A DNA stretch of 62,727 nucleotides, filler included, from an uncultured bacterium (GTDB lineage Bacteria; DAOPZR01), in NCBI GenBank assembly GCA_964637655.1. It is 30 parts of 30 records of this genome, joined end to end, with 100 filler letters (N's around TTAATTAATTAA, not from the genome) between each part and the next. Parts side by side here need not be neighbours in the genome. Positions count along the whole stretch, not along the records: positions 11,342 to 13,450 come from CAZWUZ010000443.1; positions 13,551 to 15,645 come from CAZWUZ010000444.1; positions 15,746 to 17,834 come from CAZWUZ010000445.1; positions 17,935 to 20,022 come from CAZWUZ010000446.1; positions 20,123 to 22,191 come from CAZWUZ010000447.1; 25 more parts are not named here. One strand, written 5' to 3'. Shown here piece by piece: positions 11,405 through 20,321 of this stretch. Under the pieces are notes generated by a model. It saw only the letters and a program-made list of their open reading frames with translations, ran no database searches and was not told the DNA's origin. Positions within the stretch are counted from its first letter, which is position 1, and the number at the start of each line of letters is the position of its first letter. A program made the translations under genes and the position numbers.

Positions 11405-11438
11405 CCCTCTCCCTGCGGGAGAGGGTTGGGGTGAGGGG
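11405..11438. repeat. CCCTCTCCC...GGGAGAGGG...GGGGTGAGGG palindromic intergenic repeat, copy 1
   Basis: Hairpin CCCTCTCCC-TGC-GGGAGAGGG followed by TTGGGGTGAGGGG. Second copy at 36797-36832. Confidence 0.7.
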
Positions 11439-11540
11439 AAATCTTTCAGGGCATCAGCGGAAACAGGTGTCTGACAGGATGACGCACTGTCACGCCTGAG
11501 GTATACTTGCCGCGGCCGGTATCCCGGCGAGGAGGAGACC

Positions 11541-12113
11541 ATGCAGGTTATCGCGTTCAACGGCAGTCCGCGGGCAGCGGGCAATACCGCCGCGCTGCTG
11601 CGCCGGCTCGGCACGAAACTGCAGGAACAGCAGGTCGGGTTCGAGATCATCCACATCGGCGGGCGCCCGGCGCAGGGATGTACCGCCTGCTTCCGCTGTT
11701 TCAGCGCCAAGGACGGGACCTGCGCGCTTACCGGTGACGACATGAATACGTGGATTGCCAGGATGCGCACGGCTGACGCCATCATCCTTGCCTCCCCCAC
11801 CTATTTCGCCGACCTGACCCCGGAACTGAAGGCGCTGATCGACCGCGCCGGCATGGTCGGCCGCGCCAACCAGGACTGCTACAAACGCAAACTGGGCGCG
11901 GCGGTGGTCGCGGTGCGGCGCGGCGGCGCCATCCATGTCTTCGATTCCATCAACCATTTCTTCACCATTTCCCAGATGCTGATCGTCGGGTCCAGTTACT
12001 GGAACATGGGCATGGGGCGCGAGCCGGGCGCGGTAGAGAAGGATGACGAGGGAATGCAGACGATGGACGATCTCGGGGAGAACCTCGCCTGGGCGCTGCG
12101 CAAACTCGTCTGA
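11541..12113 (+). CDS. Iron-sulfur flavoprotein / NADPH-dependent FMN reductase (flavodoxin-like)
   Basis: NGSPRAAGNT, CTACFRC...C cluster, ASPTYF, RRGG. Confidence 0.88.
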   Translation: MQVIAFNGSPRAAGNTAALLRRLGTKLQEQQVGFEIIHIGGRPAQGCTACFRCFSAKDGTCALTGDDMNTWIARMRTADAIILASPTYFADLTPELKALIDRAGMVGRANQDCYKRKLGAAVVAVRRGGAIHVFDSINHFFTISQMLIVGSSYWNMGMGREPGAVEKDDEGMQTMDDLGENLAWALRKLV

Positions 12114-13450
12114 CGCTCCCGCCCGCGGCGGCGGCACTGCCGGTTGCCGCGCTGCTGCCGGCACTGGTGCAGCAGCTGGCGGTTGCACCGCAGGTGCTGC
12201 TGCACGCGCCGCCGGGAGCAGGCAAGACCACCGTCGTGCCGCTGGCGCTGCTGGCCGCGCCGCAGTGTGCCGGGCAGCGCCTGCTCATGCTCGAACCGCG
12301 TCGGCTGGCCGCGCGCGCTGCGGCACAGCGTATCGCGTTCCTGCTCGGCGAAGCTGCCGGGGAAACAATTGGCTATGTCACCCGCTACGACCGCTGCATC
12401 TCCGCGCGCACCCGCCTCGAGATACTCACCGAAGGGATTCTCGCGCGGCGGCTGCAGCATGACCCGACACTCGACGGCATCGGTGCGGTCATCTTCGACG
12501 AATTTCATGAGCGCCATCTGCACACCGACTTGTCGTTGGCGCTTGCGCTCGATGTGCAGCGTCAGGTGCGGCCCGACCTGCGCCTGCTCATCATGTCCGC
12601 CACGCTGGCGGTGGAACGTCTGCAGGCGCTGTTGCCGCAGGCGGTCACGCTCGGTTGTGACGGTCGGCTCTTTCCGGTGGATGTCAGCTACCTGCCGGTG
12701 ACACCGGCAGGCGATCCGGCCGCGTATACCGCCGCTGCGGTACGGCGCGCGCTGCGTGACCATGACGGCGATATCCTTGCCTTTCTCCCGGGTGGCGGTG
12801 AAATCCGCCGCGCGCAGGAACTGCTCGCGGATGACGGGTGTGACCTGGTGCCGTTGTATGGCGACCTGCCACGCGAGGAACAGGACCGCGCCCTGCGCGC
12901 CGGCACCCGGCGCCGCGTCGTGCTGGCCACCCCGCTGGCGGAAACCAGCATCACGGTGGAGAACATCAGCGTGGTCATCGACAGCGGCTGGATGCGGCAG
13001 CCGGAGTATGATGCCGCGCGCGACATGTCACGCCTCGTTTCCGTGCGCGTGAGCCGGGCCAACGCGGAACAGCGGGCGGGACGCGCGGGGCGACTGGCGC
13101 CGGGCACCTGCTATCGTCTCTGGAGCGAAGGCACGCAGCACGCGTTGCTCGAACATCCCGTACCCGAAATCCTGCAGGCCGACCTCACGCCGCTGCTGCT
13201 GACCATCGCGCTCTGGGGGACAGCAGCAACTGAACTAACCTGGCTTGACGAACCGCCGGCAGGTGCCTGCGCGCGGGCGCGACAGACGTTGCAACTGCTT
13301 GGCGCGCTCGATACTGACGGGCGCCTTACCGACAGCGGGCGCGCCATGGCGGCGCTGCCGGTGCATCCGCGGCTCGCGGCGCTGCTGCTGCAGGCGAAAG
13401 CAAAGCGCCTCGGCGGATTGGGCTGCGATATCGCCGCGCTGCTCGCTGAG
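12110..13450 (+). CDS. hrpB: ATP-dependent helicase HrpB, 3'-truncated (start uncertain, 12110-12167)
   Basis: APPGAGKTT, LEPRRLAAR, DEFHER, MSAT, LATPLAETSITV, QRAGRAGR. Confidence 0.92.
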
Positions 13451-13550
13451 NNNNNNNNNNNNNNNNNNNNNNNNNNNNNNNNNNNNNNNNNNNNTTAATT
13501 AATTAANNNNNNNNNNNNNNNNNNNNNNNNNNNNNNNNNNNNNNNNNNNN

Positions 13551-13881
13551 TCATTATTGTATCGCCGTTTTCCGCCAGCGTTGCTGTCACCAGCACCGGG
13601 CCGGACGCCTCCCAGCATGCCGCAACCACCGTATAGGTGCCGCTACTGAAATCATATGACACCTGCCCGCGCAGGTTTTCCGTCTCCGTATAGGTGCGGA
13701 ACGCGAACCGTTCTTCACCCGTAAAATCAGCCGCATCGCACAGGTAGCCGGTGTCCGACCAGAGTTCGAGGTCGATGTCGGCCTCCCCCGACCAGGCCAG
13801 TGACACCTGCGTCGGCGGCGGCGTTGCCGCTCCCGTGCATCCCGCCAGCAGCACCAGCAGAAGTATCAGGCGGCGCATCAT
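13551..13881 (-). CDS. Hypothetical lipoprotein, 3'-truncated
   Basis: MMRRLILLLVLLAGC lipobox. Start overlaps the stop of the endonuclease III gene. Confidence 0.65.
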
Positions 13882-14531
13882 TTCCTCCCCGTCAGGCAGT
13901 GCCGCCGCAGCGGGCAGTCCGCGCAGCGCGGCTGCGGGCGGCAGCAGTCCTTGCCCAGTTGCACCAGCAGCGCATGGTACTCGTTGAACAGCTGCTCGTC
14001 CGGCGGCAGGTGCGCCATGAAGTATGCCTGCGCCGCCGCGTACGTGCAACCGCGCGGCAGCAGCCCGAGCCGCTCCCCGCTGCGCCGCGTGTAGGCATCG
14101 ATGACAAACACCGCCCGCCCGTAGCCGTACAGCAGGATGCAGTCCGCCGTCTCCGGCCCGATGCCGCGGATGTCGAGCAGTTGTGCGCGCAATACTGCCG
14201 TCGACACCCGTTCCGCACGCCGCAGCGCACCGCCCTGCATGCCGTCGAGCCACGCCAGCAGCGCCCGCAGCGTCTTCGTCTTCTGGTTGTAGTAGCCCGC
14301 CGGGCGGAGACACCGCCGCAGTTCCGCGTCGGGCATGGCGCGCAGGCCTGCCACGCTCAACGCCCGTGCCCGCCGCAGGTTCGCCAGCGCCTTCTCCACG
14401 CTGGTCCACGAGGTGTTCTGCGTCAGCACCGCGCCGACCATCATCTCCCAGCGTGTGCGCGCCGGCCACCAGTGCTGCGGCCCGTACGCGGCAAACAGTA
14501 TCCGGTAGACCTGCCGTACGTGCAGTGGCAT
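13878..14531 (-). CDS. Endonuclease III-related HhH-GPD protein with 4Fe-4S motif
   Basis: YGPQHWWP, GAVLTQNTSW, RGIGPETAD, VIDAYT, C-terminal CRPQPRCADCPLRRHC. Confidence 0.9.
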   Translation of the reverse strand: MPLHVRQVYRILFAAYGPQHWWPARTRWEMMVGAVLTQNTSWTSVEKALANLRRARALSVAGLRAMPDAELRRCLRPAGYYNQKTKTLRALLAWLDGMQGGALRRAERVSTAVLRAQLLDIRGIGPETADCILLYGYGRAVFVIDAYTRRSGERLGLLPRGCTYAAAQAYFMAHLPPDEQLFNEYHALLVQLGKDCCRPQPRCADCPLRRHCLTGRK

Positions 14532-14599
14532 GCGGTCGCTGTCCCCCGACAAAAAAACGGCTTCCGTCGCAAAAACGGAAACCGTGGCCTGTGCAAAAA

Positions 14600-14677
14600 T
14601 GGTACCGGCGGGGGGACTTGAACCCTCGACCTCAACATTATGAATGTTGCGCTCTAAACCAGCTGAGCTACGCCGGC
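14600..14677 (-). tRNA. tRNA with CAT anticodon (elongator Met; Ile2 not excluded)
   Basis: GCCGGCGTAGCTCAGCTGGTTTAGAGCG CAACA-TTCATAA-TGTTG AGGTCGAGGGTTCAAGTCCCCCCGCCGGTACCA. Cloverleaf with encoded CCA. Confidence 0.92.
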
Positions 14678-14746
14678 ACATTGGCCGGAAGTATAATCTG
14701 CCGGCCGCCATTTGTCAACTGCTTTCCTGCCTGCTATGCTGCGCCC

Positions 14747-15597
14747 ATGCGCACGTTTTTCGGGCACGGTACCGCGCTGTTGCGTGCCGTTGCCGCCCAG
14801 CTGCTTGAGATCCGCCTCATCGGCATGGCCGCCGAGATTGCCTTCTACCAGCTGTTCGGCTTCTTTCCCTTCCTGCTCTTCTGCGTTTTTCTGCTTTCGC
14901 GCTTCCCGCAGGAGGGGCTGCTCGACCTCGCACTCGACCTGTTTGCCGGCATCTCGCCCGACATGGTCAACATTCTCGTCAGCAAGTGGCTCGACCGTGC
15001 CTACTCGCTGGCCGACTATACCCTGCTGTCGTTCTCCGGGCTGGGCATCATCTGGGCCGGGTCGGCCGGTATCGGCGCGCTCATCGACGCGTTTGCCACC
15101 ATCAACCGCCGACGCCGCGAGATCACCCTCGTCCGCAGCGCCATCCTGCAGGTCGCCTTCACCCTCGNNNNNNNNNNATCATCCTCCTGCTCTGGGTCAT
15201 CGCCCCCGCGCTCGCCGGAAAACTCGCCGCCGCCGCGGGCTTCGATGCCGCCTGGCAGGCCGCGTGGTTCCTCATCCGCTGGCCGCTCGTTGCCCTGTTC
15301 GTCGTCAGTATCGTCGCGGTCATCTACCATGCGCTCAGCGTGCGCGCCCGCCCGCTGCGCTGGAGTTTTCCCGGGGCGCTGGTCGCCGCGCTGCTCTTTG
15401 CCGGTGCCTCACAACTTTTCGCCCACTACATCCGCAACCTCGCGGTCCTCTCCGTCACCTTCGGCACCCTCAGCGTCATCATCGTGCTCATGCTCTGGCT
15501 GCAGATGCTCAATCTCGCCGTGCTCATCGGCGAGGTGGTCAACCACCAGTGCTGGTGCCGCTGCGGCGGCGGCGACGACACCCGCTGCACCCCCTGA
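14747..15597 (+). CDS. YihY/BrkB family membrane protein (split by a 10-N gap)
   Basis: AAEIAFYQLFGFFPFLL, LIRWPLV, SFPGALVAALL, TFGTLSVIIVLMLWL, VLIGEVVN. Confidence 0.85.
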
Positions 15598-15746
15598 CCA
15601 GTCACTTCTTTCATCGCTGGCAACTGTTCAGTCCGTAGGTTCCCTNNNNNNNNNNNNNNNNNNNNNNNNNNNNNNNNNNNNNNNNNNNNTTAATTAATTA
15701 ANNNNNNNNNNNNNNNNNNNNNNNNNNNNNNNNNNNNNNNNNNNNG

Positions 15747-15800
15747 GGAGTATACGCCGCTTGTCTTTAGCCGTCTATCCCCAACATTTGTTTATACCTC
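15747..15800. mobile_element. Probable IS terminus (54 bp, identical to 53166-53219)
   Basis: The same 54-mer starts two contigs with unrelated flanks. Confidence 0.7.
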
Positions 15801-16337
15801 TTACAACAACCGCGATTACGCTGAGTATTTCATACGCTCTGTCCTGTCGACTAATCGATGTAAAATGTATTGATGTTTTATCAGAATGTACGTTTGTCAT
15901 TTTATCTCGTTCTCCGGCTAACTTGTTATTCTACTGATCCGTGTATCGTTGGGACCGTTGCTCACATTATACCGCGACGGGGGCATGCTGTCAATAGAAA
16001 TTTCAGGATAATACCGTGGCTGACTCACGGTTGTAGCAAGGTGACAGCAGGGATGGACGCGCGACTATTTCGGACATTTCGGACAATAGCCAGGTAAACA
16101 GCCCGGCAAACAGCGACAACGCTGCCAGACAGGGTTGTTACACGACAGGCAGGAGCAACTCGCGCAGTTGCTCACCGCGGTCAGAACACCGGCAACCGCA
16201 GTAACCGGTAAACGCCGTGAAACGGTAAGCGCACTTACCGCCAACTGCACCATGCGGAGGCAGAAAAGCAGCAACGACAAGGATATAACATCTTGCGGAA
16301 CAGACAGAAAAGATGAATGTCAAATGGAAACGTGTGA

Positions 16338-16353
16338 CTGGCAAGGGGGGTGC
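16338..16353 (+). promoter_or_regulatory. Possible sigma-54 -24/-12 promoter for flp
   Basis: CTGGCAAGGGGGGTGC has GG-N10-GC spacing, about 210 nt upstream of the pilin ATG. Confidence 0.35.
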
Positions 16354-16560
16354 GTTAGGAGAAGGTGTGGCGCAAACGTCAAACATGGAAGGGCGGGCGG
16401 ACTGATAACAACGGTGGAACGGACAACAGCGAACGGTCAGCCGCCTGTACCAGCCGCGGCGTATGAGACGCCGGACAGAAACGACGAACGATATCAGCAG
16501 GAGGTGATGGCGGATAGTGGAAGAACGACGGGAAAATCACAGGGAGAGGAGGTGAGCAGC

Positions 16561-16764
16561 ATGCAGAAATCATTTTTCGCGGATGAACGGGGGCAGGGCA
16601 TGGTGGAATACGGGCTGATCATCGGGCTGATCGCGATTATCGTTATCGCGGTGTTTGTCGCACTGGGCCCGCAGATCAAGAACATGTTCACCAATGCCGT
16701 CGATCAGCAGGCACTTGATGACACACGCGCCTTTTTGAGCGAGAAACTGTACACCGACCAATAG
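16561..16764 (+). CDS. flp: Flp family type IVb/Tad pilin
   Basis: MQKSFFADERGQGMVEYGLIIGLIAIIVIAVFVALG: class III signal and Flp EY motif. RBS GGAGGTG. Confidence 0.92.
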   Translation: MQKSFFADERGQGMVEYGLIIGLIAIIVIAVFVALGPQIKNMFTNAVDQQALDDTRAFLSEKLYTDQ

Positions 16765-16775
16765 CCACTAATAAC

Positions 16776-16809
16776 GCGCCATCGTGAAGTTTAGCGATGG
16801 CGCTTTTTT
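16776..16809 (+). terminator. Rho-independent terminator after flp
   Basis: GCGCCATCG-loop-CGATGGCGC followed by TTTTTT. Confidence 0.8.
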
Positions 16810-16859
16810 CTGCATGAGAGCAAGATATGACAATTGTCGAGCAACAACCGCAATAATAC

Positions 16860-16888
16860 TTGACAAAACAAGTCGTGTATGTTATAAA
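16860..16888 (+). promoter_or_regulatory. Sigma-70 promoter of metY
   Basis: TTGACA-17 nt-TATAAA with TGn extension. Confidence 0.7.
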
Positions 16889-16945
16889 TGGTGCATAACG
16901 ATGGCGCGAAACGCATATACGCGCTTACCAAAGGAGAAGGAAAAC

Positions 16946-17834
16946 ATGGCACACAAGTTCAGTACGCTGGCAGTGCACGCGGGGCAGCAGCCCGACCCGA
17001 CTACCCTGGCGCGGGGCGTTCCGGTCTATCGTACCAGTTCGTTTGTCTTCAAGAACACGCAGCACGCGGCAAATCTGTTTGCCCTCAAGGAACTCGGCAA
17101 TATCTATTCGCGGCTGATGAATCCGACCAACGATGCCCTCGAGCAGCGGGTCTCCGCCCTCGAGGGAGGAGCGGCGTCGGTGGCTATCGCGTCGGGCACC
17201 AGCGCCATTTTCTACGCCCTCATCACCCTGGCGCGCGCGGGCGATGAAATCGTCTCGGCGAGCAATCTCTACGGCGGCAGTTACACGATGTTCGACGCCA
17301 TCCTGCCGCAGTTCGGCATCACGGTGAAATTCGCCGACCACCGCGACCCGTCGTCATTCGCGAAACTCATCACCCCGAAGACCCGCGCGCTGTTCATCGA
17401 AGCGATCGGCAACCCGGTGCTCGAGGTGACCGACATCGCCGCCGTGTCGGCCATTGCGAAGCAGCACCACCTGCCGCTTATCGTCGATGCGACCTTCACC
17501 ACGCCCTACCTGCTGCAGGCCATCGAGCACGGAGCGGATATCGTCGTCAATTCGCTGACCAAGTGGATGGGCGGGCACGGGACGGCCATCGGCGGCATTG
17601 TCACCGACGCGGGGAAATTCGACTGGACCGACCCGAAGTTCGCGCTGTTCAACGAACCCGACCCGAACTACCACGGCCTGCGCTGGGCGCATGACCTGCC
17701 GCCGGCGCTGGCACCCATCGCCTTCGCGCTGCGGCTGCGCACGGTCCCGCTGCGCAATCTCGGGGCCTGCCTGTCGCCGGACAATGCCTGGATCTTCCTC
17801 CAGGGGCTGGAGACACTGCACCTGCGCATGCCGC
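16946..17834 (+). CDS. metY: O-acetylhomoserine aminocarboxypropyltransferase (sulfhydrylase), 3'-truncated
   Basis: TLAVHAGQ, GNIYSRLMNPT, LYGGSY, SLTKWMGGHG (PLP lysine), QGLETLHLRM. Confidence 0.92.
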
Positions 17835-17934
17835 NNNNNNNNNNNNNNNNNNNNNNNNNNNNNNNNNNNNNNNNNNNNTTAATTAATTAANNNNNNNNNN
17901 NNNNNNNNNNNNNNNNNNNNNNNNNNNNNNNNNN

Positions 17935-18099
17935 CGTCACAGCTTTGCCACCCATCTTCTGGAAAACGGCTATGACCTCCGCGTCATCCAGGAATTGCTC
18001 GGTCATTACGATGTGAAGACGACCATGATCTACACGCATGTGGCCAGCCGCAACCGGCTGGGTGTCAGGTCACCGCTGGACAATCCGGCACAAGCATAG
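17935..18099 (+). CDS. intI: Integron integrase-type tyrosine recombinase, C-terminal fragment
   Basis: Manual translation [54 protein letters not shown]. The TTMIYTHV...GVRSPLD tail is typical of IntI. attC sites lie downstream. Confidence 0.8.
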   Translation, partial: RHSFATHLLENGYDLRVIQELLGHYDVKTTMIYTHVASRNRLGVRSPLDNPAQA

Positions 18100-18246
18100 G
18101 GTTTTGGCGACTGTGAGAAACTTCACAGCGCCTTACCGGTGTGCAGCTCTGCTGTTCCGGCCCTGCCGGAAAACGGCGTGTGGCGGGGGTCCTCCGGCGA
18201 AAGCGTGACGGGGAAAAGGCGCCAGAACCGCTGCGAAAATTCTCCC

Positions 18247-18276
18247 TTGACATGATGATAGCATTGTGATATCATC
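18247..18276 (+). promoter_or_regulatory. hicAB promoter with overlapping operator palindrome
   Basis: TTGACA(18247)-17 nt-TATCAT(18270). Inverted repeat GATGATA...TATCATC. Confidence 0.7.
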
Positions 18277-18281
18277 TTTGT

Positions 18282-18479
18282 ATGCCACGGAAGATACGGC
18301 AACTGATTGCCGATCTGGAAAAGTGCGGCTTTGTCAATAAGGGCGGCAAAGGCAGCCACCGGAACTTTCTCCATCCGCACTGCCCGTACGTGGTCACCCT
18401 CTCGGGCAAACCCGGGGCTGACGCTTTGCCCTATCAGGAGAAGGCCGTTGCCAGGGCCATCAGGGAGAGTGCACAATGA
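18282..18479 (+). CDS. hicA: HicA family toxin
   Basis: 65 aa, GF...GGKGSHRNFLHP motif. ATGA overlap with hicB. Confidence 0.88.
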   Translation: MPRKIRQLIADLEKCGFVNKGGKGSHRNFLHPHCPYVVTLSGKPGADALPYQEKAVARAIRESAQ

Positions 18480-18811
18480 AACATACCGGCGACAATTACC
18501 TGAAGATTGTTGAGTGGTCAGAGGAGGACCAGTGCTATATCGGCACGTCGCCCGGCCTGCTCATTGGCGGCGTACACGGCAAAGACCAGAAGAAGGTGTT
18601 TGTCGCTCTCTGCAAGGCAGTGGATGAGGCCCTGCACGTGCTGCGCCAGGAGGGACGTCCGCTGCCGGACGCAACGGTAACTAAAAACTATTCGGGCAAG
18701 ATCGCCTTGCGCATCCCTGCGCAACTGCACCGACGTATCGCGGCCAGGGCACTCCAGGCAGGGGAAAGCGTAAACAAGCTGATCCAGCATACCTTGGAGA
18801 AGGCCGTATAA
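18476..18811 (+). CDS. hicB: HicB family antitoxin with RHH domain
   Basis: VEWSEEDQCYIG...GVHG; YSGKIALRIPAQLHRRIA...GESVN. Confidence 0.88.
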   Translation: MKHTGDNYLKIVEWSEEDQCYIGTSPGLLIGGVHGKDQKKVFVALCKAVDEALHVLRQEGRPLPDATVTKNYSGKIALRIPAQLHRRIAARALQAGESVNKLIQHTLEKAV

Positions 18812-18868
18812 CGTCGCGCCTTCACGGGCGCTGTTGTTTTCCGCGCTCGCTGCCGCGCGAAGTTAGCC
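18806..18868 (+). other. attC recombination site 1
   Basis: GTATAAC (contains the hicB stop)...GTTAGCC. Imperfect palindrome pairing GTCGCG/CGCGAA and GGGCGC/GCGCTC; 63 bp. Confidence 0.75.
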
Positions 18869-18871
18869 GAT

Positions 18872-19132
18872 CTATTGTAATGGGTCGATTTTGATTAGCG
18901 TTTCCTGACTTTGTGCCCGGCGCCAGTCTTCCACGAGCTCTTGCTGGTGAAGTGCCGCCCACTCAATCACCAAGCCAAGAACCCGCGCGGGAACTTGCCC
19001 GGAAAATACCGCGAGGGTTTTGATCTCGATCAGGGCATTATCATCACCGTAGCTTACATGAAAATGTGGTGGATTGTGGTCATCGAAAAACATCTTGATC
19101 ACGATTCCGAAGAATCGGGATATTTCAGGCAC
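18872..19132 (-). CDS. DUF4160 domain protein (putative toxin)
   Basis: MPEISRFFGIVIKMFFDDHNPPHFHVSYG...EWAALHQQELVEDW...IDPL. Confidence 0.85.
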   Translation of the reverse strand: MPEISRFFGIVIKMFFDDHNPPHFHVSYGDDNALIEIKTLAVFSGQVPARVLGLVIEWAALHQQELVEDWRRAQSQETLIKIDPLQ

Positions 19133-19418
19133 AGGACGCTGCTCGCCTCAGAGCGGGAAATATGTCTTCTGGCTTTTGCCGGGTTATCGCAAGATAAAGG
19201 GCGTCGGGGCATAGGTCAACCTGTTCGTTCCACAATAATTCCCCTGATTCACCGATACGTACTTGCTTGAAAGCAGCAGGATCTGTCCACAGAGAAAAAA
19301 CACCTCTTCCGACAAGATGGGACAAATCTACGGTTCCGCTCTTGCCGTCTTCAAACGAGAGGTGCAATCTGTGTGCCTCAAGCGCCTGCACACGAACTAT
19401 TTTATGCATGGCAACCAC
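19125..19418 (-). CDS. DUF2442 domain protein (putative antitoxin partner)
   Basis: LHLSFEDGKSGTVDL...GVF...F...LLW...VDLCPDALY. Confidence 0.85.
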   Translation of the reverse strand: MVAMHKIVRVQALEAHRLHLSFEDGKSGTVDLSHLVGRGVFSLWTDPAAFKQVRIGESGELLWNEQVDLCPDALYLAITRQKPEDIFPALRRAASCA

Positions 19419-19435
19419 CCCCCCTGCCTACCCCC

Positions 19436-19464
19436 ATTATATCAGATATCTGCATCGCGAGCAA
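19436..19464 (-). promoter_or_regulatory. Cassette-borne promoter for DUF2442-DUF4160
   Basis: Minus strand TTGCTC-17 nt-TATAAT with TGn. Palindrome CAGATATCTG in the spacer. Confidence 0.6.
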
Positions 19465-19529
19465 TAGGTAGGCAGGCATTTTCTATCTGCGAATAATGGT
19501 CAATCGTAGTCATCTATCTATCGCTGTAG

Positions 19530-19600
19530 GGCTAACGTCGCGCCTTCACGGGCGTACAGCACTTCATCCGCCGGGAACGCAGCGTACACAAAAGGCGGCC
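19530..19600 (+). other. attC site 2 (left half intact, right half degenerate)
   Basis: GGCTAAC followed by GTCGCGCCTTCACGGGCG, identical to attC1. GGCTAAC is the exact complement of GTTAGCC at 18862. No clear closing GTTRRRY. Confidence 0.6.
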
Positions 19601-19638
19601 GCCGCGCTTGCGCGCAGCGACCGCCACGGGGGACGGAA

Positions 19639-20022
19639 TCAGTACGCGTTATGCTCGCCAGCGCCGGTGCTGGCCGTGGTGGCCGGCGTGCCGCTGCCGG
19701 CCAGCAGGGTCTGCGCATAGGGGCGGCGGGCGCCCTGGAAGCGCGCCGAATAATAGTCGCTGTCGAGCGACGTGGTGGTGATGTCGAGGCCGGTGCGCGG
19801 CGCATGCACGAACTTGCCGTCACCGATGGCCATGCCGACGTGGCTGATATTGTCGGGACCGGTGCCGAAGAAGACGAGGTCGCCCGGCTGAATGTCCTCG
19901 CGCAGCACGGGGCGTCCGTAGCCGAACTGGTCCTGCGCCACGCGCGGGATGCTCACCCCGGCTAAACTGTACATCGCCTTGGTGAAGCCCGAGCAGTCGA
20001 AGCCGAAGATGGTGTTGCCGCC
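19639..20022 (-). CDS. NlpC/P60 (C40) cell-wall peptidase, 5'-truncated
   Basis: GFDCSGFT, PGDLVFF, ISHVGMAIGDGKFVHAP. Confidence 0.9.
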   Translation of the reverse strand, partial: GGNTIFGFDCSGFTKAMYSLAGVSIPRVAQDQFGYGRPVLREDIQPGDLVFFGTGPDNISHVGMAIGDGKFVHAPRTGLDITTTSLDSDYYSARFQGARRPYAQTLLAGSGTPATTASTGAGEHNAY

Positions 20023-20122
20023 NNNNNNNNNNNNNNNNNNNNNNNNNNNNNNNNNNNNNNNNNNNNTTAATTAATTAANNNNNNNNNNNNNNNNNNNNNN
20101 NNNNNNNNNNNNNNNNNNNNNN

Positions 20123-20321
20123 TATCGGGGCGAAGATCGCCCGGCATGCCAAGCACGCGTTCGGCGATGATGTTGCCGACGTAGTACGGCATGCCGCAGT
20201 TGGCGAACGACACATACTCCCCGCGCTCGAGGATGAGGATCTCCGCCCGCTCGTCGAGCCGCCGCAGGCGCGCCGCGCAGGTCGCCCCGCCTGCCACCCC
20301 GCCAATGATGACCGTCTTCAT
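20123..20321 (-). CDS. CoA-disulfide reductase-like FAD oxidoreductase, N-terminal fragment
   Basis: IIGGVAGGATCAARLRRLDE...SFANCGMPYY. Confidence 0.85.

Noticed and set aside
14600-14677. tRNA genes as prophage or island attachment sites
   Set aside because: No duplicated tRNA 3' end or integrase was seen on either tRNA contig.
16190-16245. c-di-GMP-I riboswitch upstream of flp
   Set aside because: Only a loose GGTAAAC/GAAA resemblance. The GACGCAAAGC core and the second stem are missing.
16135-16560. 209-aa N-terminally extended pilin from the ORF track
   Set aside because: The real start is the ATG at 16561 with a GGAGGTG RBS and a canonical short Flp leader.
16810-16945. SAM riboswitch or T-box upstream of metY
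   Set aside because: The promoter lies only about 55 nt from the start codon and no aptamer motifs are visible.
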